Below are positions 23,022 to 33,404 of a stretch of DNA of 60,531 nt, in pieces (the stretch's first letter is position 1; every line of letters begins with the position of its first letter). Under the pieces are notes generated by a model. The model did no database searches. It worked only from the letters and a program-made list of their open reading frames with translations, and was not told the origin of the DNA. The DNA is from Verrucomicrobiota bacterium (GTDB taxonomy: Bacteria; Verrucomicrobiota; Verrucomicrobiia; Methylacidiphilales; JBCCWR01). The translations under genes and the position numbers were made by a program. The stretch covers positions 1-60,531 of the forward strand of contig JBCCWR010000003.1 in NCBI GenBank assembly GCA_039193385.1. Reading direction: 5' to 3'.

Positions 23022-23705
23022 TTATATTAAATCTTTTCTTCGTTCTTCCGTTCTTTTTAAACCCTGTTTCTGCCTCCAGGCTGCGATAGCTTCATGATTA
23101 CCACTGAAGAGGATCTCTGGTGCTTTCATACCTTTAAATTCTGCGGGCCTGGTGTAATGGGGACCTTCAAGGATCCCTTCTCCACTGAATGAATCTTTTT
23201 CAGCAGATTCCTCATTTCCCAGCACACCAGGCAACAGTCTGATAACGGCGTCCATTATGACCAGAGCGGGAATCACTCCGTTGGTTACTATATAATCTCC
23301 AATAGAAACTTCATCATCTATCCATCCATCTCGAACACGTTCATCGATTCCTTCGTAATGACCACTGACTAAGAGAATTCTTTTTTCCTGTGCCAGCTCT
23401 GCCGCTACGGCTTGATTAAAACGCCTGCCTTCTGGAGTCAGATAAATCGTCTTCGTTTGTGTTGCTTCCTCCTGTTTTTTAATGGCTTCGATAGCTTCAA
23501 CCAGTGGTTCACATTTTAGAACCATTCCGGGTCCGCCACCAAAGGGCCTGTCATCTACTGTCTTATGTTTGTCTTTTGCGAAATTTCTAAGATCATGCGT
23601 GGTGATCTGAACGGCTTGTTTATCCTGCGCTCTTCCCATAATGCTGGATGATAGAACACCGTTCATCATCTCAGGAAAAAGCGAGAGCACTTCGATTTTC
23701 AACAC
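23022..23705 (-). CDS. trmD: tRNA (guanine-N1)-methyltransferase
   Basis: DDRPFGGGPGMV, GHYEGIDER, SIGDY. Confidence 0.98.
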   Translation of the reverse strand: MLKIEVLSLFPEMMNGVLSSSIMGRAQDKQAVQITTHDLRNFAKDKHKTVDDRPFGGGPGMVLKCEPLVEAIEAIKKQEEATQTKTIYLTPEGRRFNQAVAAELAQEKRILLVSGHYEGIDERVRDGWIDDEVSIGDYIVTNGVIPALVIMDAVIRLLPGVLGNEESAEKDSFSGEGILEGPHYTRPAEFKGMKAPEILFSGNHEAIAAWRQKQGLKRTEERRKDLI

Positions 23706-23709
23706 TGCA

Positions 23710-23949
23710 TTAATTTGTCTCGTCTATAAGTTCGAGCACCACACGCTGCTTCGTCTTCATAGCGGCAGCGTTCAGCAATCCGCGAATCGAGCTGATGGTG
23801 CGACCATTTTTTCCAATGACACGACCCACATCCGCTGCATTGACTCGAACTTGAAACTTCGTCATTTTGTTCACTGATGTTTCCTGAACATCCACTTCTT
23901 CAGGATGATCTACGAGCGTGCTTATCACAAACTCGAGGAAATATTTCAT
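23710..23949 (-). CDS. khpA: KH-domain RNA-binding protein
   Basis: DVGRVIGKNGRTI; located between rpsP and trmD. Confidence 0.9.
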   Translation of the reverse strand: MKYFLEFVISTLVDHPEEVDVQETSVNKMTKFQVRVNAADVGRVIGKNGRTISSIRGLLNAAAMKTKQRVVLELIDETN

Positions 23950-23983
23950 AAAGTCTCTCCGAAATAATGTTTAACCCGTATAC

Positions 23984-24271
23984 CTAAGCGACTGCTTCAG
24001 TCTTTTCGGAAGTCGCATCCGTAGTAGCTACAGCCTTACGAGCCTTTTTAAGCATATGCTTTACTGTCTGGGAAGGTTGTGCTCCCTTTGCTACCCATTG
24101 ATCTATCTTTTCGATATCCAGAGTAAAATTATCATCCTTCTTAATAGGATCATAGGTACCCACCTGCTCAATGAACTTTCCGTCGCGAGGTGAACGGGAA
24201 TCTGCTACAACAACGCGATAATACGCGCGGTTTTTATTACCTCCTCGACGCAGTCTGATTGATACTGCCAT
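23984..24271 (-). CDS. rpsP: 30S ribosomal protein S16
   Basis: [18 protein letters not shown]. Confidence 0.98.
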   Translation of the reverse strand: MAVSIRLRRGGNKNRAYYRVVVADSRSPRDGKFIEQVGTYDPIKKDDNFTLDIEKIDQWVAKGAQPSQTVKHMLKKARKAVATTDATSEKTEAVA

Positions 24272-24333
24272 AACGTTTTCCTCTTATTTACCTTCGTTAG
24301 TTTTTACTGTTATGCTGGTTGCTCTTTTTTAGC

Positions 24334-25674
24334 TTAGCCAGCCATTCCGCCCAGATTTCCGAGCATCTTCTTCATCTTGGCTTCTGGATTTCCACCTTTG
24401 GCAAGCTTACCCATCATTTTCTTCATCATCTTAAAGCGACGAAGAAGCTCATTAACATCCTGAACTCGGGTTCCACTGCCTGATGCGATCCGTTGCCTCC
24501 TCCGTGCATTAAGAACTTCTGGCCTTCTTCGTTCCTGTTTCGTCATGGAACAGATGATGGCCTCAGTCCTTACCATCGATTTCTCATCGATTGAGGAACT
24601 GGAGATGTTACCCATTCCTGGCATCATGCCAAGTATATTTTGCAAGGGGCCTAATTTCTTCATCTGGCGCATTTGATCGAGAAAATCCTGCAGATCAAAA
24701 CTCTGTTTTTTCATCTTGGCCTGCATTTGTTCAGCATCCGCTATATCAAATGCATCCTGCGCTGCCTCAACAAGACCGACGACATCTCCCATTCCCAGCA
24801 TACGATCCACCAGGCGTGACGGATCAAAAACTTCTAGCGCATCCACTTTTTCACCCGCACCCAGAAACTTAATGGGACAATCCGTTACAGACTGCAATGA
24901 CAAGGCTGCGCCACCGCGTGCATCGCCATCAAACTTAGAAAGAACCAGGCCAGTCAATGGCGCAGCCTCCTTAAATTGAGTTGCCACTTCAACAGCCTGC
25001 TGTCCCATAGCGGCGTCGGCAACAAGAAGACATTCGTCCGGCTTGATCAGCCCCATCACTTCTTTTAACTCCTGGAGTAATTCCTCATTCGCCTCCGTGC
25101 GGCCTGCAGTATCAAAAAGCGTCACATCCACTTTCCGTTTCTTGGATTCCTCAAGTGCTTGCTGAATATGCTGCTTGATCTTGACCCCTTCTACAGGAGC
25201 ATAAACGGGCACTTCAATCTGCTCACCCAGTGTCTGAAGCTGTTGTACGGCTGCAGGCCGGGATAAATCCGCCGCAACGAGCAAGACGGACTTGCGCATC
25301 TTCTTTTTCAGGTGACGAGCCAGCTTGGCCGCCGTGGTCGTTTTACCTGCTCCATTCAAACCACAGAGCGCAATACGCGCTCCATGTTTTTCCGTGAGAT
25401 CATTGTCTGTGCTTTGAAAGGTATGGATGAGTTCATCGTGAACCACCTTCACAAACATATCACCCGGACGAATGCTCTTTTGAAATTCTTCCCCCAGCGC
25501 CTGTTCTTTGACACGGTTACAAAAGTCGCGTGCGACACCATAGTTGACATCAGCCGCCAGCAGTGCCAGACGCACCTCACGCAAAGCTTCAGAAATATTT
25601 GACTCTGTCAGCTTGCCGTAGCCGCGAACGTGCTTGAAGACATCCTGTAGTTTTTCTCCGAGAGCTGTTATCAT
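24334..25674 (-). CDS. ffh: Signal recognition particle protein
   Basis: ALLAADV, GLNGAGKTT, DTAGR, DGDARGGAALS, M-domain. Confidence 0.98.
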   Translation of the reverse strand: MITALGEKLQDVFKHVRGYGKLTESNISEALREVRLALLAADVNYGVARDFCNRVKEQALGEEFQKSIRPGDMFVKVVHDELIHTFQSTDNDLTEKHGARIALCGLNGAGKTTTAAKLARHLKKKMRKSVLLVAADLSRPAAVQQLQTLGEQIEVPVYAPVEGVKIKQHIQQALEESKKRKVDVTLFDTAGRTEANEELLQELKEVMGLIKPDECLLVADAAMGQQAVEVATQFKEAAPLTGLVLSKFDGDARGGAALSLQSVTDCPIKFLGAGEKVDALEVFDPSRLVDRMLGMGDVVGLVEAAQDAFDIADAEQMQAKMKKQSFDLQDFLDQMRQMKKLGPLQNILGMMPGMGNISSSSIDEKSMVRTEAIICSMTKQERRRPEVLNARRRQRIASGSGTRVQDVNELLRRFKMMKKMMGKLAKGGNPEAKMKKMLGNLGGMAG

Positions 25675-25679
25675 TTCAA

Positions 25680-26255
25680 TTAATTAAAACACTCCTCAAC
25701 ATATTCTAACATCACATGCAGCAACCAGGTATGCATCTCCTGAATGCGTGCTGTATTTTTACTTGGTATAATAATTTCAAAATCCGCTATCCCTTTGCAA
25801 CGACCACCATCTTTTCCCATAAAAGCTACGGTTATGAGGCCTCCAGCCTTGGCCGTCTCCAAGGCCTTGAAAATATTTGTCGAGTTCCCCGAAGTCGTAA
25901 AAGCGACCAACATATCGCCTCTCCGGCCCAATCCCTCCACCTGACGACAATAAACATGGTCAAAATCCCAGTCGTTGGCAATGCAACTCATAACGGAAGC
26001 ATCTCCATTTAAGCTTACCGCAGGAAGTGAACGACGGTCCCCACGATAGCGACCCACTAACTCTTCAACTAAATGCATAGAATCGGTAGCACTGCCTCCA
26101 TTCCCACAAGCCAAAATTTTATTCCCATCACGTAAGCAAGTCTCAAAAGCAGGCAACAAGCGCTTTAGCTCCGGTAAAACGGACTCGCTGGCGGACACTG
26201 TTTCAAGCAATTCCTTGAGTTGTTCTTCAGGTTGCGGCATAAGATGTGAAAACAT
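25680..26255 (-). CDS. gmhA: Phosphoheptose isomerase (SIS)
   Basis: CGNGGSA, ELVGRY, IANDW, TSGNS, RIQEMH; start at ATG 26255 or 26240. Confidence 0.92.
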   Translation of the reverse strand: MFSHLMPQPEEQLKELLETVSASESVLPELKRLLPAFETCLRDGNKILACGNGGSATDSMHLVEELVGRYRGDRRSLPAVSLNGDASVMSCIANDWDFDHVYCRQVEGLGRRGDMLVAFTTSGNSTNIFKALETAKAGGLITVAFMGKDGGRCKGIADFEIIIPSKNTARIQEMHTWLLHVMLEYVEECFN

Positions 26256-26277
26256 ACCGTCAGAAATAATTGATGTC

Positions 26278-27408
26278 ATGAAGATTATTACCAGATACTT
26301 TCTCTTTTCCCTGATCAAGCCTCTCATCTATTGCGTCTTAGGTTTTTATTTTCTCATGATCATCTTCGACCTCTTTGGTAATGCTGATGATTTTATTAAT
26401 TCGCAATCCAGCATCTGGCTCATCGTAAAACTCTACATTGTGCAATTCCCGCGCTTTGCCATGATCATTCTGCCTGTTTCATTTCTAGTCTCGGCGCTTT
26501 ATGTCATGGCAGATTTTTCTCACAATCGGGAGACCATAGGCATTCAAAGCGCAGGTATTAGTATATCCAAAATGGCCAGGCCTTTTTTCTTCGTCGCCAT
26601 CATCATCGGTGCTTTACTTTACTTCTTTTATCTGGACCTTGCTCCGACCAGTGAAGCACGTCGCCGATCGATCGAAGCTGTTATTAAAGGAAAAGAAACC
26701 AGCCACATTACCTATAAAGGCGTTGTTTACCGCAACCCGGAAACGAATACCCTGTGGTTTCTACAGGAGGTCGATGTCACAGCTGGCACTTTCAAGCAGG
26801 CAGAAATCTTGCTCAGAGATCCCGTAGGCAATGACATAACCAAACTATTCGTCGCTCAAGGAACATACCGTGACGGATACTGGGATCTCGCCCATGTAAG
26901 ACGGATAGACTTTAACAAAAAAGGCATTTCATCCAAACCGACCATCATGCAGCAAATAAAGGCAGACTACCTGACCGAACCACCTGCGAAACTCGTCGCT
27001 GTGCTACGTCCTGCAGGACAACTCACCTGGTCCGAATTACAGAACTTTCTCTTTGGCCCGCGCGAGCATGCAACCATCCGCATGGCACCTTACTTTACCG
27101 AATACTACAAACGCTTAGCCTATCCTTTTCTGCCCACTGTTCTTTGTCTCTACGCTATTGCTCTGGGAGTGACCCATAGTAGAAAAAATGTGGGAGCTGT
27201 TGTTCTGAACTGCATCTTCATCTTACTCGCCTTCTTAGTCTGGAATGAAATATCACTCGCTCTGGGGCGGGGCGCACGTATCTCTCCACTCGCAGCGGGC
27301 ACAAGCGGCATCGTACTCTTCGGATCATGTGGCCTGGTGCTTTTCTCCCAACGGGCGGGTTGGATCTGGGATCTCAAAGGTCTTCTTAGTGAAAACAAAA
27401 AGCTATAA
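26278..27408 (+). CDS. LptF/LptG-family LPS export permease
   Basis: MKIITRY start, 'E..GIQSAGIS' motif, 3 TM + periplasmic domain + 3 TM. Confidence 0.88.
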   Translation: MKIITRYFLFSLIKPLIYCVLGFYFLMIIFDLFGNADDFINSQSSIWLIVKLYIVQFPRFAMIILPVSFLVSALYVMADFSHNRETIGIQSAGISISKMARPFFFVAIIIGALLYFFYLDLAPTSEARRRSIEAVIKGKETSHITYKGVVYRNPETNTLWFLQEVDVTAGTFKQAEILLRDPVGNDITKLFVAQGTYRDGYWDLAHVRRIDFNKKGISSKPTIMQQIKADYLTEPPAKLVAVLRPAGQLTWSELQNFLFGPREHATIRMAPYFTEYYKRLAYPFLPTVLCLYAIALGVTHSRKNVGAVVLNCIFILLAFLVWNEISLALGRGARISPLAAGTSGIVLFGSCGLVLFSQRAGWIWDLKGLLSENKKL

Positions 27409-27433
27409 ACCCGCATTAAACACCAGTCTAATA

Positions 27434-27456
27434 ACATCTGACATCTGACTCCTGAC
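27434..27456. repeat. Heptamer tandem repeat (ACATCTG x2, ACTCCTG) between convergent genes
   Basis: acatctg acatctg actcctg ac read directly. Confidence 0.6.
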
Positions 27457-27470
27457 ACTTATTCATCCCA

Positions 27471-28202
27471 TCAAGAATCAAAAGGCAGCTTCCGAATATC
27501 CGCATAAGATCCGGAAGACATATTGAGGAGTCCCGGAATGCAGCGCTGAACTTTTTCAGCAGCCGCACGACCATCCGGCATGTCTTCGGTACCGCGTGCT
27601 GCCTTGAGTCGCTTGACGGACACATACGTTTCAGCATCGACCTCATCACAAAGATAATCCTGCATCGCAGTATCAATCAATCCAGGGGCTAGCGAAGTAA
27701 AATGCGTACCTTCCTCTTCCTGCGCATAAAGCTGAATGAGCATGTTCAAGGATGCTTTTGAAATAGCATAACCTGCCCAGCCACGATTTCCATTAACCGA
27801 AGCGCCCGATGAGATGGCCACAACTTGTGCAACCTCTTTTCCAGCACGAAAAAGTGCATCCAGAATAATTTTATTGGCCCAGACATTCGTCTGCATAATG
27901 TCATGCAGTGTCTTCAAGGAAGTCGCTCGCATATCACGGACTTGCCCCAGAATCCCTGCGTTCAGAATAACAAGATCTAACTTCGGCACACCCTCTGTGA
28001 GTTCATGAATACCAGCCTCTGTGTCACTGACATCAGCCAGATCCGTCCCTTTGAAAACAAAGCCCGGGGTTGAAATAAGAGTTTCAGGCGTGCGCCGACT
28101 TAAGCCTAGGACATTCCAACCGCTTTGCAGATAAATTTCAGCAAGCCCCTTACCCAGACCGGAACTCACACCCGTAATCAATACAACATTTTGCTCATCC
28201 AT
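27471..28202 (-). CDS. Short-chain dehydrogenase/reductase
   Basis: TGVSSGLG, NAG, YAISK, PGLIDT. Confidence 0.92.
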   Translation of the reverse strand: MDEQNVVLITGVSSGLGKGLAEIYLQSGWNVLGLSRRTPETLISTPGFVFKGTDLADVSDTEAGIHELTEGVPKLDLVILNAGILGQVRDMRATSLKTLHDIMQTNVWANKIILDALFRAGKEVAQVVAISSGASVNGNRGWAGYAISKASLNMLIQLYAQEEEGTHFTSLAPGLIDTAMQDYLCDEVDAETYVSVKRLKAARGTEDMPDGRAAAEKVQRCIPGLLNMSSGSYADIRKLPFDS

Positions 28203-28247
28203 TCAGTCATCTTTAAAAAACATCATGGAAAGGCAAGAACTTTACCC

Positions 28248-28514
28248 CTACTGCATAACGCGGGTTAAAAGAGTCTTTTCTGTTCTCTTGGTTTGAAATA
28301 GCTTCACCTTTGTACGACTTGGTTCAATAAGGTAAGTCGTCTGATTTTCGTTATCAAAAGCGCGTAGCACCCCATTCTTCTGCTCACACACCACATCCAG
28401 ACCTTTGTTCAGCCATTCAGATCCATGAACCGCCATACGCAGCGCATCATAGATGTTATCCGCCTCTACCTTCCTGTCTGGATGTCCATTGACCACAACT
28501 ATATAATATTTCAT
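28248..28514 (-). CDS. small hypothetical protein
   Basis: 88-aa ORF with GGGAGA RBS upstream. Confidence 0.6.
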   Translation of the reverse strand: MKYYIVVVNGHPDRKVEADNIYDALRMAVHGSEWLNKGLDVVCEQKNGVLRAFDNENQTTYLIEPSRTKVKLFQTKRTEKTLLTRVMQ

Positions 28515-28827
28515 TCCGTATTCTCCCTTAAAACTGTGCCTCCGAAGGCAAGTTAACAGATCACAAATGGGAACTATCGGATCATGTATCCGGGAACTTT
28601 AACCCTATGTCTAAAACGGAAAATCTATCCCGCACACCTTTGATTTTAAGCATAAAAAAAACGCTCATCCTGGCACTCAAAAATTCGCAGAATCCTTTGT
28701 TTGCGCATGAAGGACACATTTTATAATTGATAATACGTTTAAAATATTACGCAAAATAATATAGATTAAGTTGGCTATTGAATGAACTTGAACTTATCCA
28801 GTTCGTCCTTCTTACTGAAACGGCATC

Positions 28828-29307
28828 ATGAAAAAGATGAAATTACTTTTTGTATGTATGGGAAACATTTGTCGTTCTCCTGCGGCTGAAGGCGTTATGC
28901 AAACGCTTATCGAAAAGGCGGAGCTGCAAGATACTATTTTCTGTGACTCCGCAGGTACCATTGGTTACCACGAAGGGAATCCCGCTGATAGACGTATGTC
29001 TTCCGCCGCCAAAAAACGCGGCTACCATCTTACCAGCACCGCGCGTAAAATCATTCCTGACGATTTAGAAAAATTTGATCTCATACTAACCATGGATGAA
29101 GAAAACTATGACAACGTATGCGCTTTGGCGGATTCCCCAGAAAAAGAAAAAAAGATCAAGGCTCTTTGCGACTACTGCACCAGCCATGATGACACAGAGG
29201 TGCCCGATCCGTATTATGGGGGCAATCAAGGCTTCGAGCATGTGCTGGACCTACTGGAAGATGGATGTTCCAACCTACTGGCAAGCATCAAAAAACAAGA
29301 AGGTTAG
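28828..29307 (+). CDS. Low molecular weight protein-tyrosine phosphatase
   Basis: CMGNICRS, DSAGT, VPDPYY. Confidence 0.95.
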   Translation: MKKMKLLFVCMGNICRSPAAEGVMQTLIEKAELQDTIFCDSAGTIGYHEGNPADRRMSSAAKKRGYHLTSTARKIIPDDLEKFDLILTMDEENYDNVCALADSPEKEKKIKALCDYCTSHDDTEVPDPYYGGNQGFEHVLDLLEDGCSNLLASIKKQEG

Positions 29308-30128
29308 CCAAAGACCATCTCGCGAAAGACTTGCCACATAATAAACAAAGTCCCCCGCCAGGAGTAGTGCACGTCTTCCTGAGCCTGGCCATTTGATTTA
29401 AGCAACCCGATGCTTAAGTTATGCGACATCATCGTGCGAAAAAATTCCTCGAAGAAAGTTTGCCCATTCTCCGGCTGCAAATCATTCGGAGCGACGTCCA
29501 CATCATTGAGTTTTAAAAAGGCCTCATGCCTCTCATAGAGTTCATCTGACGAGCTTGTCTCCAGACAACGAAATACTTTGAAGTGAGGCGGCATTTCCAG
29601 CCCATAAGCCAGAGGATAATTCCATGTAATCCACACGCTGCCATCTCGTGCTTGTGATCCGAAGATCGTATAGACTAAGCCAATATTTCCCTGAAGCGTC
29701 AACGCCACCGTAGCAAACACTGGTTTCTCCCGGTGTCTCAAAAGACGGAACCCCTGCTCATGAGGAGAAGGCTTTAACCAGTGATCGCCCTCCGTTAAAA
29801 AACCTACCTTGCGTAAATGACTGGATAGCTCATGCACCTCAGGAAATTCTTCAACATTCAGTGCTCCCTGCTTGAGGGAACGCTTGGATGAATAGCGTAA
29901 TTTACGTGACATAATGAAGACCTGACATATGGGAAAAACAAACCACATGGATACAGCAGCAAGCGCCAGGACAAGACTATCTGTCCAAAAGTATAGTGCC
30001 GTGCCGATGGTTCCTAATACAAGCCAGCTGGCCAGCTTTTTTGAAAGGCTTGAGCTAAATTGAAAAAGCGAATACGCCAGCAAAAACAATCCCGCCAATA
30101 GGCCCGTCTCTATCATCCATGATTCCAT
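29304..30128 (-). CDS. hypothetical membrane protein
   Basis: N-terminal TMs plus soluble domain. Confidence 0.7.
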   Translation of the reverse strand: MESWMIETGLLAGLFLLAYSLFQFSSSLSKKLASWLVLGTIGTALYFWTDSLVLALAAVSMWFVFPICQVFIMSRKLRYSSKRSLKQGALNVEEFPEVHELSSHLRKVGFLTEGDHWLKPSPHEQGFRLLRHREKPVFATVALTLQGNIGLVYTIFGSQARDGSVWITWNYPLAYGLEMPPHFKVFRCLETSSSDELYERHEAFLKLNDVDVAPNDLQPENGQTFFEEFFRTMMSHNLSIGLLKSNGQAQEDVHYSWRGTLFIMWQVFREMVFG

Positions 30129-30194
30129 GAACTAGAAAATATAGCAAAGCCTGAGCATTCTGCGAAGAAAAGATGTTAATTTTATGAAGATTCA

Positions 30195-30223
30195 TTGACA
30201 CCCCTATGACCTTGTGAGACTAT
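30195..30223 (+). promoter_or_regulatory. sigma70-type promoter of tRNA-fMet
   Basis: TTGACA (30195-30200)-N17-GACTAT, 13 bp before the tRNA. Confidence 0.6.
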
Positions 30224-30236
30224 TTTCGGTTCAGAC

Positions 30237-30310
<74 letters not shown>

Positions 30311-30388
30311 TACTCCGCCAGGAGTATGAAGGGAGATTCTATCATCCGCTGGAAGCGCATCCCGATTAGCGGAGGGGTGACTGGGCCG

Positions 30389-30409
30389 CAAATCCTGCTC
30401 CCGCAACCA
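30389..30409 (+). repeat. Duplicated tRNA-fMet 3' end (att-like), this copy carrying CCA
   Basis: CAAATCCTGCTCCCGCAA at 30293-30310 and 30389-30406, the second followed by CCA. Confidence 0.9.
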
Positions 30410-30416
30410 TTTTAAC

Positions 30417-30447
30417 AACCTCTTAGCAAACAGCTTAGAGGTTTTTT
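30417..30447 (+). terminator. Rho-independent terminator after tRNA
   Basis: AACCTCTTAGC-AAACA-GCTTAGAGGTT followed by TTTT. Confidence 0.7.
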
Positions 30448-30513
30448 CTTGCCCGAATTTGGAAATTGAATTTTGCAGTAAAATGCAGCGAAATGCCAGT
30501 TTTAACACAATCT

Positions 30514-30535
30514 ATTGCAGGAACCATTGCAGGAA
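30514..30535. repeat. ATTGCAGGAA direct repeat x2 (possible integrase arm-type sites)
   Basis: Copies at 30514-30523 and 30526-30535, about 105 bp from the att-like site. Confidence 0.5.
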
Positions 30536-30559
30536 AAATCTAAACAGTAATCAGGTTCT

Positions 30560-31660
30560 TCATTCTTCGTAGGCTTCAAGCAAGCCGCCACGATGACAGC
30601 CTTCCAAAAAGGCGACCTTAAGAAAATTGCTATTGGCTAGTGGGTCTATCTGAGCCAGCTCTTTGGCATCGTTGATTGATTCAGATGCATCAATGTTTCG
30701 TTTATCCTTCTGTATTCGAATAGTCTCCAGCCAATCTTTGCCATCCCTTCCGCTACACTTAGCCTTATACCTCTCTTCTATGCCATAGAGATCGCACCAA
30801 GTGGAAATTTCTTCTCTGAGCGTTTCAGGACCGAAAGTTAATTGAATGTTCTCCTTTTTTATATGGCCATCTTCTATTCCTGTTACATTTACGGCAACCG
30901 ATATCCCAACCTGAGTTTCAGAATAAGGGTAAAAGGCTTTTCTTCGCTGTGTTGTTCCAGCTGGATCTTTGGGTTTGTAACTTGGCTCTTTTGTGCTTTT
31001 GTAGCTGCTATTGCAATGATGACACGCTGGGGCCAAATTCCTGAAATTGATTGAATTGAAAGGATACAATGCCTTAGGCAAGTAATGATCGTAAGAATCG
31101 CGTTTTGAGTGATCGACAAGCATATCTGTGATTCCACAGAATGGGCATTTACTGGGTCTCCCATTCTCTTTCATCAATTCCTCATAGTGATCATCGATTT
31201 CACCAATGACATCCCTAATCTTTTCAAGTCTCAGTAAACTTTGAGAATATAGACCCTTGAAAAATTCGGCCAACATGCCGCTAAGACTGCTATGCTTGTA
31301 GCTTATAGCACTAAGGTCAGTGTAGCGGAGCAAAACACTGTTTGGGTTGTTACAAATTGCCTCAATATCGTTGTTAGCTCTATACCAAGTTCTAAGTTGT
31401 TGGATATCCTCAGAACTCAGATCAGCAAATTGAGTGTATATATTTTTTATGTCAGTGAAAAACTGCTTACCTCGTTGAGGAGGGTTCTGCGAGTAGCCAA
31501 AAGACGCTATTACTTTTTCGAGATCGGTATAACCAGCAAACAAATCCCTACCAAATAACAAACCCTCAGGAGCCTTACACCATACCTCAAAAAAGATGTA
31601 GTCGATGAACTCCTGCATCTTCTCCATTTTATGAGGGATATATTTATAGGGACGTAACAT
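30560..31660 (-). CDS. HNH endonuclease-domain protein (PtuB-like)
   Basis: CPFC...YDHYLPK..YP....NFRNLAPACHHCN. Confidence 0.85.
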   Translation of the reverse strand: MLRPYKYIPHKMEKMQEFIDYIFFEVWCKAPEGLLFGRDLFAGYTDLEKVIASFGYSQNPPQRGKQFFTDIKNIYTQFADLSSEDIQQLRTWYRANNDIEAICNNPNSVLLRYTDLSAISYKHSSLSGMLAEFFKGLYSQSLLRLEKIRDVIGEIDDHYEELMKENGRPSKCPFCGITDMLVDHSKRDSYDHYLPKALYPFNSINFRNLAPACHHCNSSYKSTKEPSYKPKDPAGTTQRRKAFYPYSETQVGISVAVNVTGIEDGHIKKENIQLTFGPETLREEISTWCDLYGIEERYKAKCSGRDGKDWLETIRIQKDKRNIDASESINDAKELAQIDPLANSNFLKVAFLEGCHRGGLLEAYEE

Positions 31661-33399
31661 TAGTCGTTTGTTTTTTCAGAGTTAAGAATGCTTTTGATGG
31701 CTAGCATTTTCTCGATGGAATCGCCTAGTTGACTATTCATTAATTCAATGATTTCTTCTTTACTTTCACCTGCTTCAACACGGTTCTTCAATTCCTCCAA
31801 AATCGTTTGGGCACGGCGGCCAATCGTTTCTTCCTTATTGAAAGTGTTCATGGTGATTTTGTTGATTGAGGCACCCAGTGTATTGTATTCGGGATGTTGT
31901 ACGGAAACAATGCCGTCCTCTTTACTGAAAACCAAAACCTTGTCGGGTTGACTGTCTGAAATGAGAAACGGCGTGTGAGTTGTTATGAGCATTTCACGAT
32001 GTCCTGTGGAGTCTTTGAAACACTGGTGTAAACGAGTAATAAAGTTGGAACGCCAATCGGGATTAAAATGAGTTTCAGGCTCATCAAGGAGAAACAAGCT
32101 ATTTGTATTCTTGAAAAGCATACAAAGACCAAGGCTATGCAACAACTGGTGCTCTCCGTCGGACAAGCTTTTGAGCATAAAGTAATCATCACTATCCTCT
32201 TTCATGAACCGAACATATTTGAAACGCATGATGCGCTCATCTGAAGCAAGCGTTGGCACAGTCTCGTTTACATAGTGACTGTCTGAGTGATAAAGCTCTT
32301 CTTTTAGCTTTAGGCTGACAGAGTACAGATTCAGAGTCAGCAAAACCTGAAATGCCTGGAAGAGCGCAATCGGGGATTCGTTTTCTGCGAAGTCGAAGTT
32401 TTTACTGAATGCCTCACGAGTCGCATCATTTACCCAGTAATCAAGGTGTAAAGTATCTGTCGCTTCTTCGACAAAGTAACAGGTCGCACATCGTTTGAGG
32501 CGTGTGACAATCGGATCGAAATTCTCGGCCGAGTCATCATCTGCTTCAAGCAGTTTTATAACATCAACGGTATAGGTTCCTGTTTCGCTGTCATGAATGA
32601 GAGCTGGATTTTTATCTTCGAACAGACTAGCGGTTTCTGCATCTACTTGAATGCTACGACGAATGACGATGCGAAACTCTTTCAATGCACCGATACCGAT
32701 ATCTTCTTTAAATGGAGCAAGTTCATTTTCCTGATAAAATAGAAGATTCGTGATGAGAATGGCTTGGCTAAAACTATTATCCAGATATGCCATACGAGTT
32801 TCGGGACGTCCAGGATACGGCAACTGCTTTTGTAAGGCATTTAAGTATTCATCATACTGAATGAAGCGCATTTTGAAAAAGGAAAGACTTAAAATTTCGT
32901 TTTCGCCAGATGAATAACCCAAAACAAATTCGGGAAGAAGTGAACTTCTTGTAGAATCCTCTGATACATAGGGGTCTTCAGATTTTGGTTCAAATAAATT
33001 TACATCATTGCAATAAATATCAGGAGATTCCCCTTTAATTTTAGAAACTAAAACATCCGTCCAGGAATCAAAATCCTTGAGATAAATTTGGTACTCCAGC
33101 TCATAAGCATCAAGGATATCATGATGAACTTCGGCATCTGCCACGACGTCCTCTTCTCCGGGAAAATTTTCAGGAAGAAAACGGCGGCGGACGCGTAAAA
33201 CTTCAAGTTGATAAAAAATGAGGGCTAGAGCTTCCAGTAGATTTGATTTGCCACTACCATTAGGACCAGCACATACAAAAGGAGCAAATGCGATTTTTCC
33301 TTCATCGAGTTGCCAATCCCTTCTAAAGTGATACTCAAAGCCTTCCTGCAAGCTGCGAAAGCCTTTAGGATCAGTTATCTTTAGGCGGAGGAGTTTCAC
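31660..33399 (-). CDS. Restriction system-associated ABC/AAA_21 ATPase (PtuA-like)
   Basis: Walker A GPNGSGKS, signature LSDGE, Walker B LLDEPETH, H-loop TTHTP; GTG start. Confidence 0.9.
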   Translation of the reverse strand: MKLLRLKITDPKGFRSLQEGFEYHFRRDWQLDEGKIAFAPFVCAGPNGSGKSNLLEALALIFYQLEVLRVRRRFLPENFPGEEDVVADAEVHHDILDAYELEYQIYLKDFDSWTDVLVSKIKGESPDIYCNDVNLFEPKSEDPYVSEDSTRSSLLPEFVLGYSSGENEILSLSFFKMRFIQYDEYLNALQKQLPYPGRPETRMAYLDNSFSQAILITNLLFYQENELAPFKEDIGIGALKEFRIVIRRSIQVDAETASLFEDKNPALIHDSETGTYTVDVIKLLEADDDSAENFDPIVTRLKRCATCYFVEEATDTLHLDYWVNDATREAFSKNFDFAENESPIALFQAFQVLLTLNLYSVSLKLKEELYHSDSHYVNETVPTLASDERIMRFKYVRFMKEDSDDYFMLKSLSDGEHQLLHSLGLCMLFKNTNSLFLLDEPETHFNPDWRSNFITRLHQCFKDSTGHREMLITTHTPFLISDSQPDKVLVFSKEDGIVSVQHPEYNTLGASINKITMNTFNKEETIGRRAQTILEELKNRVEAGESKEEIIELMNSQLGDSIEKMLAIKSILNSEKTND

Positions 33400-33404
33400 G
33401 GTAT

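Noticed and set aside
28515..28827. Possible riboswitch/ncRNA in a long divergent intergenic region
   Set aside because: Only a short TGCCT-CCGA-AGGCA hairpin; no family consensus recognised
30311..33399. Retron type I-A (ATPase + HNH + structured RNA)
   Set aside because: No reverse transcriptase in the window; the structured insert is downstream of the operon and on the opposite strand
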